From: Candidatus Woesearchaeota archaeon
GTDB taxonomy: Archaea > Nanobdellota > Nanobdellia > SCGC-AAA011-G17 > ARS1403
Direction: 5' to 3'
DNA length: 45,662 nt
Assembly (NCBI GenBank): GCA_018302505.1
Contig: JAGVZL010000052.1
Span: 1 to 45,662 of the forward strand
Every line of letters starts with the position of its first letter. Positions within the stretch are counted from its first letter, which is position 1. Made by a program: the position numbers and the translations under genes. The notes under the pieces are model-generated. The model was not told the origin of the DNA. It did no database searches and was given only the letters and a program-made list of their open reading frames with translations. Below are positions 9,600 to 17,411 of the stretch, one piece after another.

Positions 9600-9845
9600 T
9601 TAACCCGACTCTATTTTCTTTCTCAATTCTTCTATAGATCTAAAAGTTTCACCATAACCTTCTTTCTCAATTCTCTTTATTTTTTCAATATATTCAGGCC
9701 TTAACTCAGGTTCTAGAAGTTCTTCTCCATAGCCCATAGTTACTAGTTCTATTGCTTCTGACTTGTCTTTCAAATTATGCTTTGCTTTTACTATGTTTAA
9801 TATATGATTTGCATTCTTGCTAATGTTTATTATTGCCTGTACCAT
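9600..9845 (-). CDS. Putative antitoxin (DUF2683-like archaeal family)
   Basis: 81 aa. MVQAIINISKNANHILNIVKAKHNLKDKSEAIELV...LEPELRPEYIEKIK resembles the archaeal DUF2683 / RHH-like antitoxin pattern. It sits immediately upstream of the RelE-like ORF. Confidence 0.5.
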   Translation of the reverse strand: MVQAIINISKNANHILNIVKAKHNLKDKSEAIELVTMGYGEELLEPELRPEYIEKIKRIEKEGYGETFRSIEELRKKIESG

Positions 9846-9881
9846 ATTAACATGATATTAATATAATATTTATAAAGTTTT

Positions 9882-10082
9882 CTACACACTATCATAACCA
9901 CATAAAACAATATCTGGTTTTTTAATACCTTTAAAATATTTGCAGATTGAGACATTTTTAACAGCGCATTTATGTTTATTCGTATTTTCTTCTTCATTCC
10001 AGGGGCATTTATCCTGTTTCCAGGAAACATCTTTTTGTGTTATTAGATCAATATCCATGTTTGCACCTTTCAGTTGTTTCAT
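9882..10082 (-). CDS. Small Cys-containing hypothetical protein
   Basis: 66 aa with 4 Cys (KCPW, HKCAV, SICKY, VLCGY). It is on the same strand as the TA pair and upstream of it. Confidence 0.3.
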   Translation of the reverse strand: MKQLKGANMDIDLITQKDVSWKQDKCPWNEEENTNKHKCAVKNVSICKYFKGIKKPDIVLCGYDSV

Positions 10083-10144
10083 AGAATTGTCCTAAATTAA
10101 CAAATCTTAAAAACTTTCTTGTCTTATAAAATTCTGATGTTAAA

Positions 10145-10300
10145 ATGAATATGGTAGATGTAATATCTTTCGTAGTTTTGTGGATTATAGCCAGTTTGAT
10201 CTGGGCCATATGGTTGGATGGAGTTTATACACCGATAGCAGGAGTAATTACCGCAGGTATAGCTTCTGGCGGATTTAAATTAATATTCCATAATAAATAA
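10145..10300 (+). CDS. Possible small membrane protein (not in ORF track)
   Basis: My own translation gives MNMVDVISFVVLWIIASLIWAIWLDGVYTPIAGVITAGIASGGFKLIFHNK (51 aa, two hydrophobic segments). It ends 1 nt before the MazG-like ATG. Promoter spacing is not canonical, so support is weak. Confidence 0.25.
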   Translation: MNMVDVISFVVLWIIASLIWAIWLDGVYTPIAGVITAGIASGGFKLIFHNK

Positions 10301-10301
10301 A

Positions 10302-10661
10302 ATGGACAAAAAAACAAATCTCCACGAATTAAAAGAAAAAATAAAGAAATTTTGTGAAGAAAGAGACTGGGATCAATATCACAATGCAAAAGAGTTATCT
10401 ATCGGGATTATTACAGAGGCTTCTGAATTATTGGAACATTTCAGATTCAAATCAGAAAAAGAAATAGAAGAAATGTTCAAAAACGAAAAGAGAGAACAAA
10501 TTTCAGAGGAATTAATAGACACTCTTTACTTTATCTTGAGATTCGCACAAAAATACAATATAGATTTAACAATCGAATTAAATAAAAAGATGGAAAAGAA
10601 TCATAAAAAATATCCAATAGACAAAATCAAGGGAAGCAATAAAAAATATACTGAAATATGA
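10302..10661 (+). CDS. mazG: MazG-like nucleoside-triphosphate pyrophosphohydrolase (all-alpha NTP-PPase, DCTPP1-like)
   Basis: 119 aa. It carries the typical ERDWDQYHNAKELSIGIITEASELLEHF and EELIDTLYFILRFAQKYNIDL..ELNKKMEKNHKKYP metal-binding helices. The TATA-like TTTAAATTAA ends 19 nt upstream. Confidence 0.8.
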   Translation: MDKKTNLHELKEKIKKFCEERDWDQYHNAKELSIGIITEASELLEHFRFKSEKEIEEMFKNEKREQISEELIDTLYFILRFAQKYNIDLTIELNKKMEKNHKKYPIDKIKGSNKKYTEI

Positions 10662-12535
10662 GACTCTACGAAGACGCAGTTAAAGCATTCAAAGAAGATG
10701 TAACACAAAATAAGATAGCAGATAAGATTTCAAATAGATATCAGGATTATTATAAAAAAAAAGCAAGTATTTCAGAAGTTAGATCTTGGACTAATTCTTT
10801 AAATTTTGTAAAAAACGTCTTAGAATACGCACCCATTGAAGAAAATAAGATTATTGTTGAATATGAATTACCTTACTCGGAAAAAAGAATAGATGTTTTA
10901 ATATTTGGAAAAGATGCACAAGGAAATGAAAATATTGTAGTTATAGAACTAAAACAATGGTCAAATGAAAATGTAGATGATTCTGAGCATGAAGGTAATG
11001 TAAGGGTAGATTACGGAAAAGCTAAGGTGGAGTTGCCTCATCCATCTTTACAGGTAGAAGGGTATTGCTGGCATCTAAGGGATTTCTTAACTGTTTTTGA
11101 TGAAAAACCACAAATCTTACTAAATGCTTGTATTTATTGTCATAATTATAATAAAGGAGAAAATGAAGTTCTTTATTTGCCCAAATTCAAAAAAGACCTT
11201 GAAACTTATCCGGTCTTCTCAAAACAAGAAATGAAAGACCTTGGAGAATTTCTTAAAACAAAATTATCCTCAGACTCAGGCTTAGAAGTTTTTGGAAGAT
11301 TCACCCACAGCATTTTACGACCTTCTAAAAAATTAATGGAACATACAGGAGAAATGATTAATGAACAAAAAATATTCAACTTAATTGATGAACAAATTAC
11401 TTCCTATAATGCAATTATGCATCAAGCTAAAAATTTAGCTCAATCAAAAGAAAAATCCGTTATAATAATTAAAGGCGGACCTGGAACCGGAAAATCTGTA
11501 ATAGCCTTAGAAGTAATGGGGGAGTTATTAAGAAGAGAAATTAGTGTTATCCATGCAACAGGTTCTTCAGCATTTACAAATACTTTAAGAAAAATTCTCG
11601 GACCCAGATGTGCAAACCAATTTAAGTTCTTCAATAGTTTTATTGATAAATCAAAATTTAAAGAAAATGAATTCGATGTTTTAATTTGCGATGAAGCACA
11701 TAGAATTAGAAAAACAAGCGATAGTATGTATACACAAAAACATCTTAGAACAGGAGAACCGCAAATAAATGAACTTATTAGGGTAGCTAAATTAATTATC
11801 TTTTTTATAGATGAACACCAAGTTGTTAGACCTAATGAACTCGGAAGTGTTAATTTAATAAAAAAAGCGACAGAAACTTTTGATGCTAAAATTTATGAAA
11901 TGCCGGAATTAAAAACACAGTTTAGATGTGGTGGCTCAGGAAATTATTTAGAAAAAATTGAAAAAGTATTAAGGATCTACGAAGAAGGTGCAGACATCGA
12001 ACTCGATGAAGAAACAAAAATGGAATTCAAAATTGTAGATTCTCCTCACGAATTAAAAAGATTAATTGACCAAAAGAATAGAGAAAAGAAGAATTCAGCA
12101 AGAATGGTTGCAGGGTTCTGTTGGCCATGGAGTAAACCGAATAGGGATGGTTCTTTAGTTAATGATGTTAAAATAAATGATTTTGAAATGCCTTGGGAGA
12201 ATAAAGATGAATTTTGGAGATGGGCAACCGAAGATTCCGGAATGGATCAAGTTGGGACAGTCTACACTTCTCAAGGATTTGAATTTGATTATATTGGAGT
12301 TATTTTCGGAAATGATCTAGTCTGGAATAAAGAAACAAAAAGCTGGTACGCAAAACCTGAAAATTCTTGTGATAGTGCTGCTAAGAGGGGAAATGATGAA
12401 TTCGCAAAACATCTAAAAAACGTTTATAGAGTTTTATTAACAAGAGCCCACAAAGGAGTCTTTGTTTATTTCATTGACGAAACTACTAAAGAATATTTTA
12501 AAGAGAATGCTAAGAAGCTAGGATTTAAAGTCTAA
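10658..12535 (+). CDS. DUF2075-type protein: N-terminal PD-(D/E)xK-like nuclease + Schlafen-group-3-type SF1 helicase/ATPase
   Basis: 625 aa. The N-terminus has EKRIDVLIFGKD...VVIELKQW (D...ExK). Walker A is GGPGTGKS and Walker B is LICDEAHR. The C-terminal VYTSQGFEFDYIGVIFG and YRVLLTRAHKGVFVYF are typical of DUF2075. The start overlaps the MazG stop (ATGA 10658-10661). Confidence 0.8.
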   Translation: MRLYEDAVKAFKEDVTQNKIADKISNRYQDYYKKKASISEVRSWTNSLNFVKNVLEYAPIEENKIIVEYELPYSEKRIDVLIFGKDAQGNENIVVIELKQWSNENVDDSEHEGNVRVDYGKAKVELPHPSLQVEGYCWHLRDFLTVFDEKPQILLNACIYCHNYNKGENEVLYLPKFKKDLETYPVFSKQEMKDLGEFLKTKLSSDSGLEVFGRFTHSILRPSKKLMEHTGEMINEQKIFNLIDEQITSYNAIMHQAKNLAQSKEKSVIIIKGGPGTGKSVIALEVMGELLRREISVIHATGSSAFTNTLRKILGPRCANQFKFFNSFIDKSKFKENEFDVLICDEAHRIRKTSDSMYTQKHLRTGEPQINELIRVAKLIIFFIDEHQVVRPNELGSVNLIKKATETFDAKIYEMPELKTQFRCGGSGNYLEKIEKVLRIYEEGADIELDEETKMEFKIVDSPHELKRLIDQKNREKKNSARMVAGFCWPWSKPNRDGSLVNDVKINDFEMPWENKDEFWRWATEDSGMDQVGTVYTSQGFEFDYIGVIFGNDLVWNKETKSWYAKPENSCDSAAKRGNDEFAKHLKNVYRVLLTRAHKGVFVYFIDETTKEYFKENAKKLGFKV

Positions 12536-13189
12536 CCAGTTCCAAAAACTATCTTTACCAATTATAACATGGTCTAAAACTAATATTCCTAATATTTCAC
12601 CGGTTTCTATGATTTTTTTTGTGATTTCTATATCCTCTTCTGATGGTGCAGGATCTCCGGATGGATGATTATGTACAAGCATTATACTAAAAGAATTTTC
12701 TTTAATAGCAGCCTTAAAAACTTCTCTTGGATGTATCAAAGAAGCATTCAAAGTACCAATACAAATCCTATGAACTTTATTAACACAATTTTTAGTATCT
12801 AAGCAAACTACATACAAATGCTCTTCATTATAGTCTTTAACTCTATTAACAAACATATCAAAAATATCTTTAGCACTTTTAATCTCTTTTTTATTAAACC
12901 CACCATTAACTAATGTTCCATATCTTTTGCATAATTGAATTAAGCTTAAAATCTTTAAAGCAGCTACTTTATCATTATTGCATTCTTTTTTAAGAACTTC
13001 AAAGCCAATATCATAAATCTTATTCAAGTTATATTTTTTTAATAATTTATTAGTAAATTCTAAAATACTGGCATCTTTAACTTTTCCAAGAACAATAGCC
13101 AATAATTCATAATCGCTTAAAACCCCAGCACCATATTTAATTAACCTCTCACTAGGCCTGTCATAAAAAGCTATTTCTTTAATCTTCAT
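12518..13189 (-). CDS. radC: RadC-like JAB/MPN domain protein
   Basis: 223 aa. It has the JAMM motif MLVHNHPSGDPAPSEEDIEITKK, the N-terminal RPSERLIKYGAGVLSDYELLAIVLG HhH-like region, and a TATA box at canonical spacing. Confidence 0.85.
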   Translation of the reverse strand: MKIKEIAFYDRPSERLIKYGAGVLSDYELLAIVLGKVKDASILEFTNKLLKKYNLNKIYDIGFEVLKKECNNDKVAALKILSLIQLCKRYGTLVNGGFNKKEIKSAKDIFDMFVNRVKDYNEEHLYVVCLDTKNCVNKVHRICIGTLNASLIHPREVFKAAIKENSFSIMLVHNHPSGDPAPSEEDIEITKKIIETGEILGILVLDHVIIGKDSFWNWLDFKS

Positions 13190-13278
13190 TTATCTAAACT
13201 TAAATTTTTGCTTTAAAAAGATTAATAGAATTTAAACTATATTTTAGAATTAACAAAAGTAACACCATGGAGACTTCT

Positions 13279-13677
13279 TTATTCAGAAAAACTCAATTTC
13301 CAATCAGTTTCTCTTTGAGTAATATCTTCCAAATGTTTAGGGTCTATTCCAATTCTATAATCCCCACTATTTCCAAAAAATCTAACATTTTTTCTATCTA
13401 TATCTACTTCCGCCCTGCCAGCCCCACTCATCCTATATTCAATAGCGGGTTTTCCAAGCCACGCCCCTCTTCTAAAGTTCATTGATGGGATAGAATCTCC
13501 ACTACTCCTCCCCCTAATCCATTCGCAATCATAAACAATATCATGTTCTATTAAAATCCTATGGAGTATTTGGCCATGCATTGTTCCTTTATCTCCAAAC
13601 AATAAATCAGGAGTACCATTAACATATACCTGAACTATTTTATATTCTCCAGATCGAACAGGCCATAAAACTCTCAT
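13279..13677 (-). CDS. Hypothetical protein (non-backbone composition)
   Basis: 132-aa ORF that is Arg/Gly/Asp-rich. I recognised no family. I preferred it over the overlapping plus-strand ORF 13267..13485, which is low-complexity. Confidence 0.4.
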   Translation of the reverse strand: MRVLWPVRSGEYKIVQVYVNGTPDLLFGDKGTMHGQILHRILIEHDIVYDCEWIRGRSSGDSIPSMNFRRGAWLGKPAIEYRMSGAGRAEVDIDRKNVRFFGNSGDYRIGIDPKHLEDITQRETDWKLSFSE

Positions 13678-13908
13678 TCTAGAGGGTGGTAAATTATGGC
13701 ATCTAAAGATAATTCTAAAACCTCTAAAGCATAAGAGATAGAAGAAATAGCAGAAGAGGCTGGGAAATTACTCAAGGAAGCCAAAAGATTATTCTTTCTT
13801 TGATTTCTTACCAACTTTAGAAGTTCTTTCTAACAAAGAGATAAGTTTTAAATCAATTTTTCTGTTAGAACCTATATTTTTAATAAGCAGATTGAATTGA
13901 TATTTACT

Positions 13909-14275
13909 ATGAAAACTCTCTCACTAAAACAGCCTTACGCAGAATTAATTTTACAAGGAAAGAAAAAAATAGAACTAAGAACTTGGAATACTAAATTTAG
14001 AGGAGAATTCTATATTCACGCTTCATTAACTGCTGATAAAAAAAGCAATGGAAAGATTCAGCTTTAAAGAATTGCCTTTAGGATATATCTTAGGAAAAGC
14101 AACTTTAGTTGATGTTAAAAAATATGAAACTGAATGACAGCATAAAAAAGACAAAGATTTGCATCTAGCTTCATCCTCCTGGGGAAACTATGGTTTTATC
14201 TTAAAAAATCCAAAAAGAATTGCTCCAATAAAAACAAAAGGAAAATTAAATTTCTGGGAATATAAGATTCAATAA
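13909..14275 (+). pseudogene. ASCH-domain gene disrupted by a frameshift and an in-frame TGA
   Basis: MKTLSLKQPYAELILQGKKKIELRTWNTKFRGEFYIHAS (frame 1) breaks at an A7 run (14038-14044). Frame 2 continues AMERFSFKELPLGYILGKATLVDVKKYETE, then TGA (14135-14137), then QHKKDKDLHLASSSWGNYGFILKNPKRIAPIKTKGKLNFWEYKIQ. Together these reconstruct a full ASCH fold. Confidence 0.7.
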
Positions 14276-14329
14276 AGTATATTTTAGAAAGTAAGAAATT
14301 TTAAATATCATTATCTATTAATTTAAATA

Positions 14330-14998
14330 ATGCAAGGATACACATCTAATGAAGCGTACTCTTTATTCCTGAATTATATTTTTCTTTCGAGAGAAGATTT
14401 GGGAGCACAGTCTGCAGATCCAGAAGAGAATCCAGAAACTGCAGAAAAAGATAACTTTCTAAATTCTTATTTAGCAGCCACATTAACTTCAAGATTAAGT
14501 GCAAAAGTAAAACCAGCAAGAATAGAAGAGATTTCAACAATAGTTGGTTCAGATGAAGGACCAAGATTAAGAATTTTAAGATTACAAAGAGAAGCAGATC
14601 AAGGTTTAATTTTTCATGGGGTTTTTACAGAAACACCTAAAGATTATGAAACAGTAGGAATAGCATATAGTTCGGCAGCAGGAATTTGTAATAAACTACA
14701 AGATCCAACAGGAGAAATATTTGCATATATTGATGAAAATCTGGATTTTTGTATAGGGTTGCTCCATCATTTAAGTATTGCATATTTAGCAGCCCATGGA
14801 GTTTCAGAAGCACAATTGCATAGAATGACGTTAGCACAAACACCAGATGAATCATTAGACTCTTTTCTAGATTATTATCATATATATCTAAACGAAACAG
14901 ATCAAGAAAAAAGAAATCTATTAGTTCAACATCTCCAGGAATCAAGAGAAGTAGCACAACAATTAAATCCTAAACTTATTTTTCCTATTATAGAATAA
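14330..14998 (+). CDS. Hypothetical protein (non-backbone composition)
   Basis: 222-aa ORF that is Ala/Leu/Glu/Gln-rich. I recognised no family. Confidence 0.4.
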   Translation: MQGYTSNEAYSLFLNYIFLSREDLGAQSADPEENPETAEKDNFLNSYLAATLTSRLSAKVKPARIEEISTIVGSDEGPRLRILRLQREADQGLIFHGVFTETPKDYETVGIAYSSAAGICNKLQDPTGEIFAYIDENLDFCIGLLHHLSIAYLAAHGVSEAQLHRMTLAQTPDESLDSFLDYYHIYLNETDQEKRNLLVQHLQESREVAQQLNPKLIFPIIE

Positions 14999-15015
14999 TT
15001 TCAAAACACCGCAAT

Positions 15016-15186
15016 TCACATCTTCTTTTTAACATTTCTCGGCACAGGCACTTTCTTAATAGAATTTACATTAACTTTTTTTAAATTACTAGTTCTTGAA
15101 TAGAAGTCAGCTAAATAAACCTCTCTAGAAAAAACTGGAAGTTCTTTTCCACTAGGTTGTCCTTCATAAGGTATTAATTCATCCAT
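15016..15186 (-). CDS. Possible small protein (not in ORF track)
   Basis: My own translation gives MDELIPYEGQPSGKELPVFSREVYLADFYSRTSNLKKVNVNSIKKVPVPRNVKKKM (56 aa). It lies 49 nt downstream of ORF 15236..15841 on the same strand. Confidence 0.25.
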   Translation of the reverse strand: MDELIPYEGQPSGKELPVFSREVYLADFYSRTSNLKKVNVNSIKKVPVPRNVKKKM

Positions 15187-15235
15187 TTTATCTTTATCAC
15201 AGAACTTTTTTTATTTTATTAACAAATTTAGCCTT

Positions 15236-15841
15236 TTAAATTTTACTTTTTAAGAAATCGCACGCTTTATTCCCTAAGTAAACTCCGAATTCATCATATA
15301 TCCTTCCACCTAAATAAATCCTCTTTCCCGAAATCTCCCCGGGGGAAATAGTTAGACTATCCCAATCCACAGGAACTTGTAAAAATCTCAAAACATCAGG
15401 AGGAACGTAAAATAATCTTCCGCTTTCTCCGTCGCGAAGATACAAATCAGACCTATTATCAACTTTTCCAATTAAGCTGCCATTGGTTGCTCCACTATTT
15501 ATAACCCTCTCTCCTCTAGTCATCATAAATATCTGTCCTCTTAATTTTTCAACATCATTTCTAAACATTAAAACAGCGCCAACAGAATCAAAAGTGCTTG
15601 TCCTATAATGGATTCTTTCAAAAGGAGTGTCTTCAAAGCCCGGAACAAAATTTCTAAAGCAATAATCCAATACTTCATCGTCTAAAGCTTCTCCTTCTAT
15701 TAATCTTAAAGCAATATCATTCTCTAATTCTCCTCTTTCTTGATTTAAATCCCAATGGGTCATATCATCAAAAGAATTACCCTTATCAGCCAGATACAAT
15801 TCCATGGCGATCTCTATTTTTTCAGCTAAATTTTCTTCCAT
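15236..15841 (-). CDS. Hypothetical protein (non-backbone composition)
   Basis: 201-aa ORF with an acidic N-terminal half and a Gly/Arg-rich C-terminal half. A TATA-like box lies about 24 nt upstream of the ATG. I recognised no family. Confidence 0.45.
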   Translation of the reverse strand: MEENLAEKIEIAMELYLADKGNSFDDMTHWDLNQERGELENDIALRLIEGEALDDEVLDYCFRNFVPGFEDTPFERIHYRTSTFDSVGAVLMFRNDVEKLRGQIFMMTRGERVINSGATNGSLIGKVDNRSDLYLRDGESGRLFYVPPDVLRFLQVPVDWDSLTISPGEISGKRIYLGGRIYDEFGVYLGNKACDFLKSKI

Positions 15842-15947
15842 AAGATAAACCCATTTTTTGCAATTTAAAAAAACTATTAAAAAACAAACTATATTTTAGA
15901 AAATCTCACATTAGTGAGTCTCATAATCAAATAGATACTTAATAAAT

Positions 15948-16172
15948 CTATAATAAACTTCTTACAAAATGTCCAATTTCTTGATAGTAGTAAATAGCAA
16001 GTATACAAGGGGGCAGGTATTTGGCGCCATAAAACAGGGCTTCAGAAGCATAAGAAATCCCAACTTCCAAATCCGGTCTGGGTCTTCCTCTAATCGCAAC
16101 ATTAGCTTCATGCCACTTTTTATCTCCAGAAATGGGCACTAAGAATCTCACAAGTTCATCTAAATTATCCAT
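15948..16172 (-). CDS. Hypothetical small protein (ORF track starts at TTG 16193; ATG 16172 preferred)
   Basis: On the minus strand, TTTAAAAAT (16193-16201) ends 21 nt before ATG 16172, which fits the window-wide promoter spacing. The protein begins MDNLDELVRFLVPISGDKKWHEAN. Confidence 0.3.
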   Translation of the reverse strand: MDNLDELVRFLVPISGDKKWHEANVAIRGRPRPDLEVGISYASEALFYGAKYLPPCILAIYYYQEIGHFVRSLL

Positions 16173-16215
16173 ACTGCAACGATGTGTTTCCAATTTTTAA
16201 ATCTTTTTAGACAGT

Positions 16216-16452
16216 CTATCCTAACATACATCTTTCTCTACTAGGAAATTTTCCAGTAACTACAGTTTCATAAGCCCATCTTAAAATTCTATAACCATCA
16301 CTCAAATAATTTCTTAACTCTACCTTATCTTCATCAGCAATTAATACAGCACCAATAACATAAACCGGAGAGATAATTGTAGCTAATGTAGCAGCACTCC
16401 CCCAAACAAGTCTTTTTTTCCTGTCTAAATTAATTTCAACTAAGTCATTCAT
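16216..16452 (-). CDS. Single-pass membrane miniprotein
   Basis: 78 aa with one hydrophobic helix, WGSAATLATIISPVYVIGAVLIA. Its start overlaps the stop of the upstream ORF (ATGAATGA). Confidence 0.35.
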   Translation of the reverse strand: MNDLVEINLDRKKRLVWGSAATLATIISPVYVIGAVLIADEDKVELRNYLSDGYRILRWAYETVVTGKFPSRERCMLG

Positions 16453-16654
16453 TTTCTAAAGAAGGGTCTCTAAAAGCAAGTTCTTCTAATCCATTTAATA
16501 TACCCCTATTTATATCTCCCATATATCCTAAAAATTCTCTATAATCCCCTCTCATTATAGCTCTGCCAGCACCGACTCCTAAAAATAAAGGATAAGCAAT
16601 AATCATCCCGCTAACACAAAGTCCTGTTCTTAATTTATCTCCTAAGTCGCTCAT
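16445..16654 (-). CDS. Single-pass membrane miniprotein
   Basis: 69 aa with one hydrophobic helix, GLCVSGMIIAYPLFLGVGAG. A Shine-Dalgarno GGAGGAT sits 5 nt upstream of the ATG. Confidence 0.35.
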   Translation of the reverse strand: MSDLGDKLRTGLCVSGMIIAYPLFLGVGAGRAIMRGDYREFLGYMGDINRGILNGLEELAFRDPSLENE

Positions 16655-16776
16655 TTTAATCCTCCAGACAAGTTTGATTAAATCATTAAGGAAAATAGTA
16701 TTTTAAAAACTTTCTAAAAATAACCATTTATCACAAATACCCAACTAATTTTTAAACTTAACTTTTAGAAAAATTC

Positions 16777-16833
16777 TATACACACGATGTGTATTTAAAA
16801 CATAAGATCTAAATAGTAATTTATACACACGAT
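16777..16833. promoter_or_regulatory. Candidate operator repeats upstream of the doc operon
   Basis: The 12-bp direct repeat TATACACACGAT occurs at 16777-16788 and 16822-16833. The first copy is embedded in the inverted repeat TACACA-CGA-TGTGTA (16779-16793). The second copy ends 5 nt before ATG 16838. Confidence 0.45.
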
Positions 16834-16837
16834 ATTT

Positions 16838-17176
16838 ATGAATCTAACAAAAAAAGATATTGTAGCAATAAACGAGAAATTTGCTTCAGGTCACTTTGAG
16901 AACGAATCAAGCTTAAATTTTGCATTAAAGCATTCAAAACACTCAATTGCCTGGACAAAGCAGTTAGCTTATTTAATTAGGGCCGTCTTAATAGACCACG
17001 TTTTTGTTGATGCCAATAAAAGAACTTCATATACATTATTGCTAACCTTTGTAGAGTTAAATGATTGGAATATTGATGAAAAACAAGCAGTAGAGATAAT
17101 AAAGAGTTTAGTATTAAAAAAAGAAAAAAGCATAACTAACATTCAAAGGAGGGTAGAAAATGCCATCACAAAGTGA
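16838..17176 (+). CDS. doc: Doc (death-on-curing) family toxin, Fic fold
   Basis: 112 aa. It has the Doc-type motif HVFVDANKRTS, i.e. HxFx(D/N)(A/G)NKR. Confidence 0.75.
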   Translation: MNLTKKDIVAINEKFASGHFENESSLNFALKHSKHSIAWTKQLAYLIRAVLIDHVFVDANKRTSYTLLLTFVELNDWNIDEKQAVEIIKSLVLKKEKSITNIQRRVENAITK

Positions 17177-17396
17177 GTTTCTAAAAAATGCACTAAAAAT
17201 AATAAAAGAGAAACCTTCAGGATTCAAAGCATTAGAAGAGTTTGAAAAAACAGGAAGAACAATCTTAAAAACAAGATTAAATTTCACAATAGACAGAGAA
17301 ACAGCCAGAAAATTTAGGGATTACTGCAGGAAACATAAGCTAAACATGTCTAAAGAAGTTGAGAATTTAATTAAAAAGAGAATTAATTTAAACTAA
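17160..17396 (+). CDS. Ribbon-helix-helix-like putative antitoxin
   Basis: 78 aa. RLNFTIDRETARKFRDYCRKHKLNMSKEVENLIKK has a CopG/RHH-like pattern. It overlaps the doc 3' end by 17 nt. Confidence 0.5.
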   Translation: MPSQSEFLKNALKIIKEKPSGFKALEEFEKTGRTILKTRLNFTIDRETARKFRDYCRKHKLNMSKEVENLIKKRINLN

Positions 17397-17411
17397 AAAA
17401 TTATATTTTCA

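Noticed and set aside
13267-13485. The plus-strand ORF 13267-13485 as a gene.
   Set aside because: It is fully overlapped by the longer minus-strand ORF 13279-13677, which has a globular-looking composition. The plus-strand product is Ser/Phe/Ile/Pro low-complexity.
13690-13800. A small ORF, MASKDNSKTSKA-stop-EIEEIAEEAGKLLKEAKRLFFL, as a gene or pseudogene.
   Set aside because: It is too short, is interrupted by TAA, and has no recognisable family or start signals. It is probably a remnant or chance ORF.
14135-14137. Genome-wide UGA recoding, suggested by the in-frame TGAs in the ASCH gene and at 43535-43537.
   Set aside because: TGA clearly functions as a stop at many well-defined gene ends here, often in ATGA stop-start overlaps (8781-8784, 10658-10661, 20600-20603, 26550-26553, 35413-35416). 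Reading through would wreck the conserved C-termini of the recombinase, MazG, Ogg, TopA and LysRS. TAA and TAG are also used as stops.
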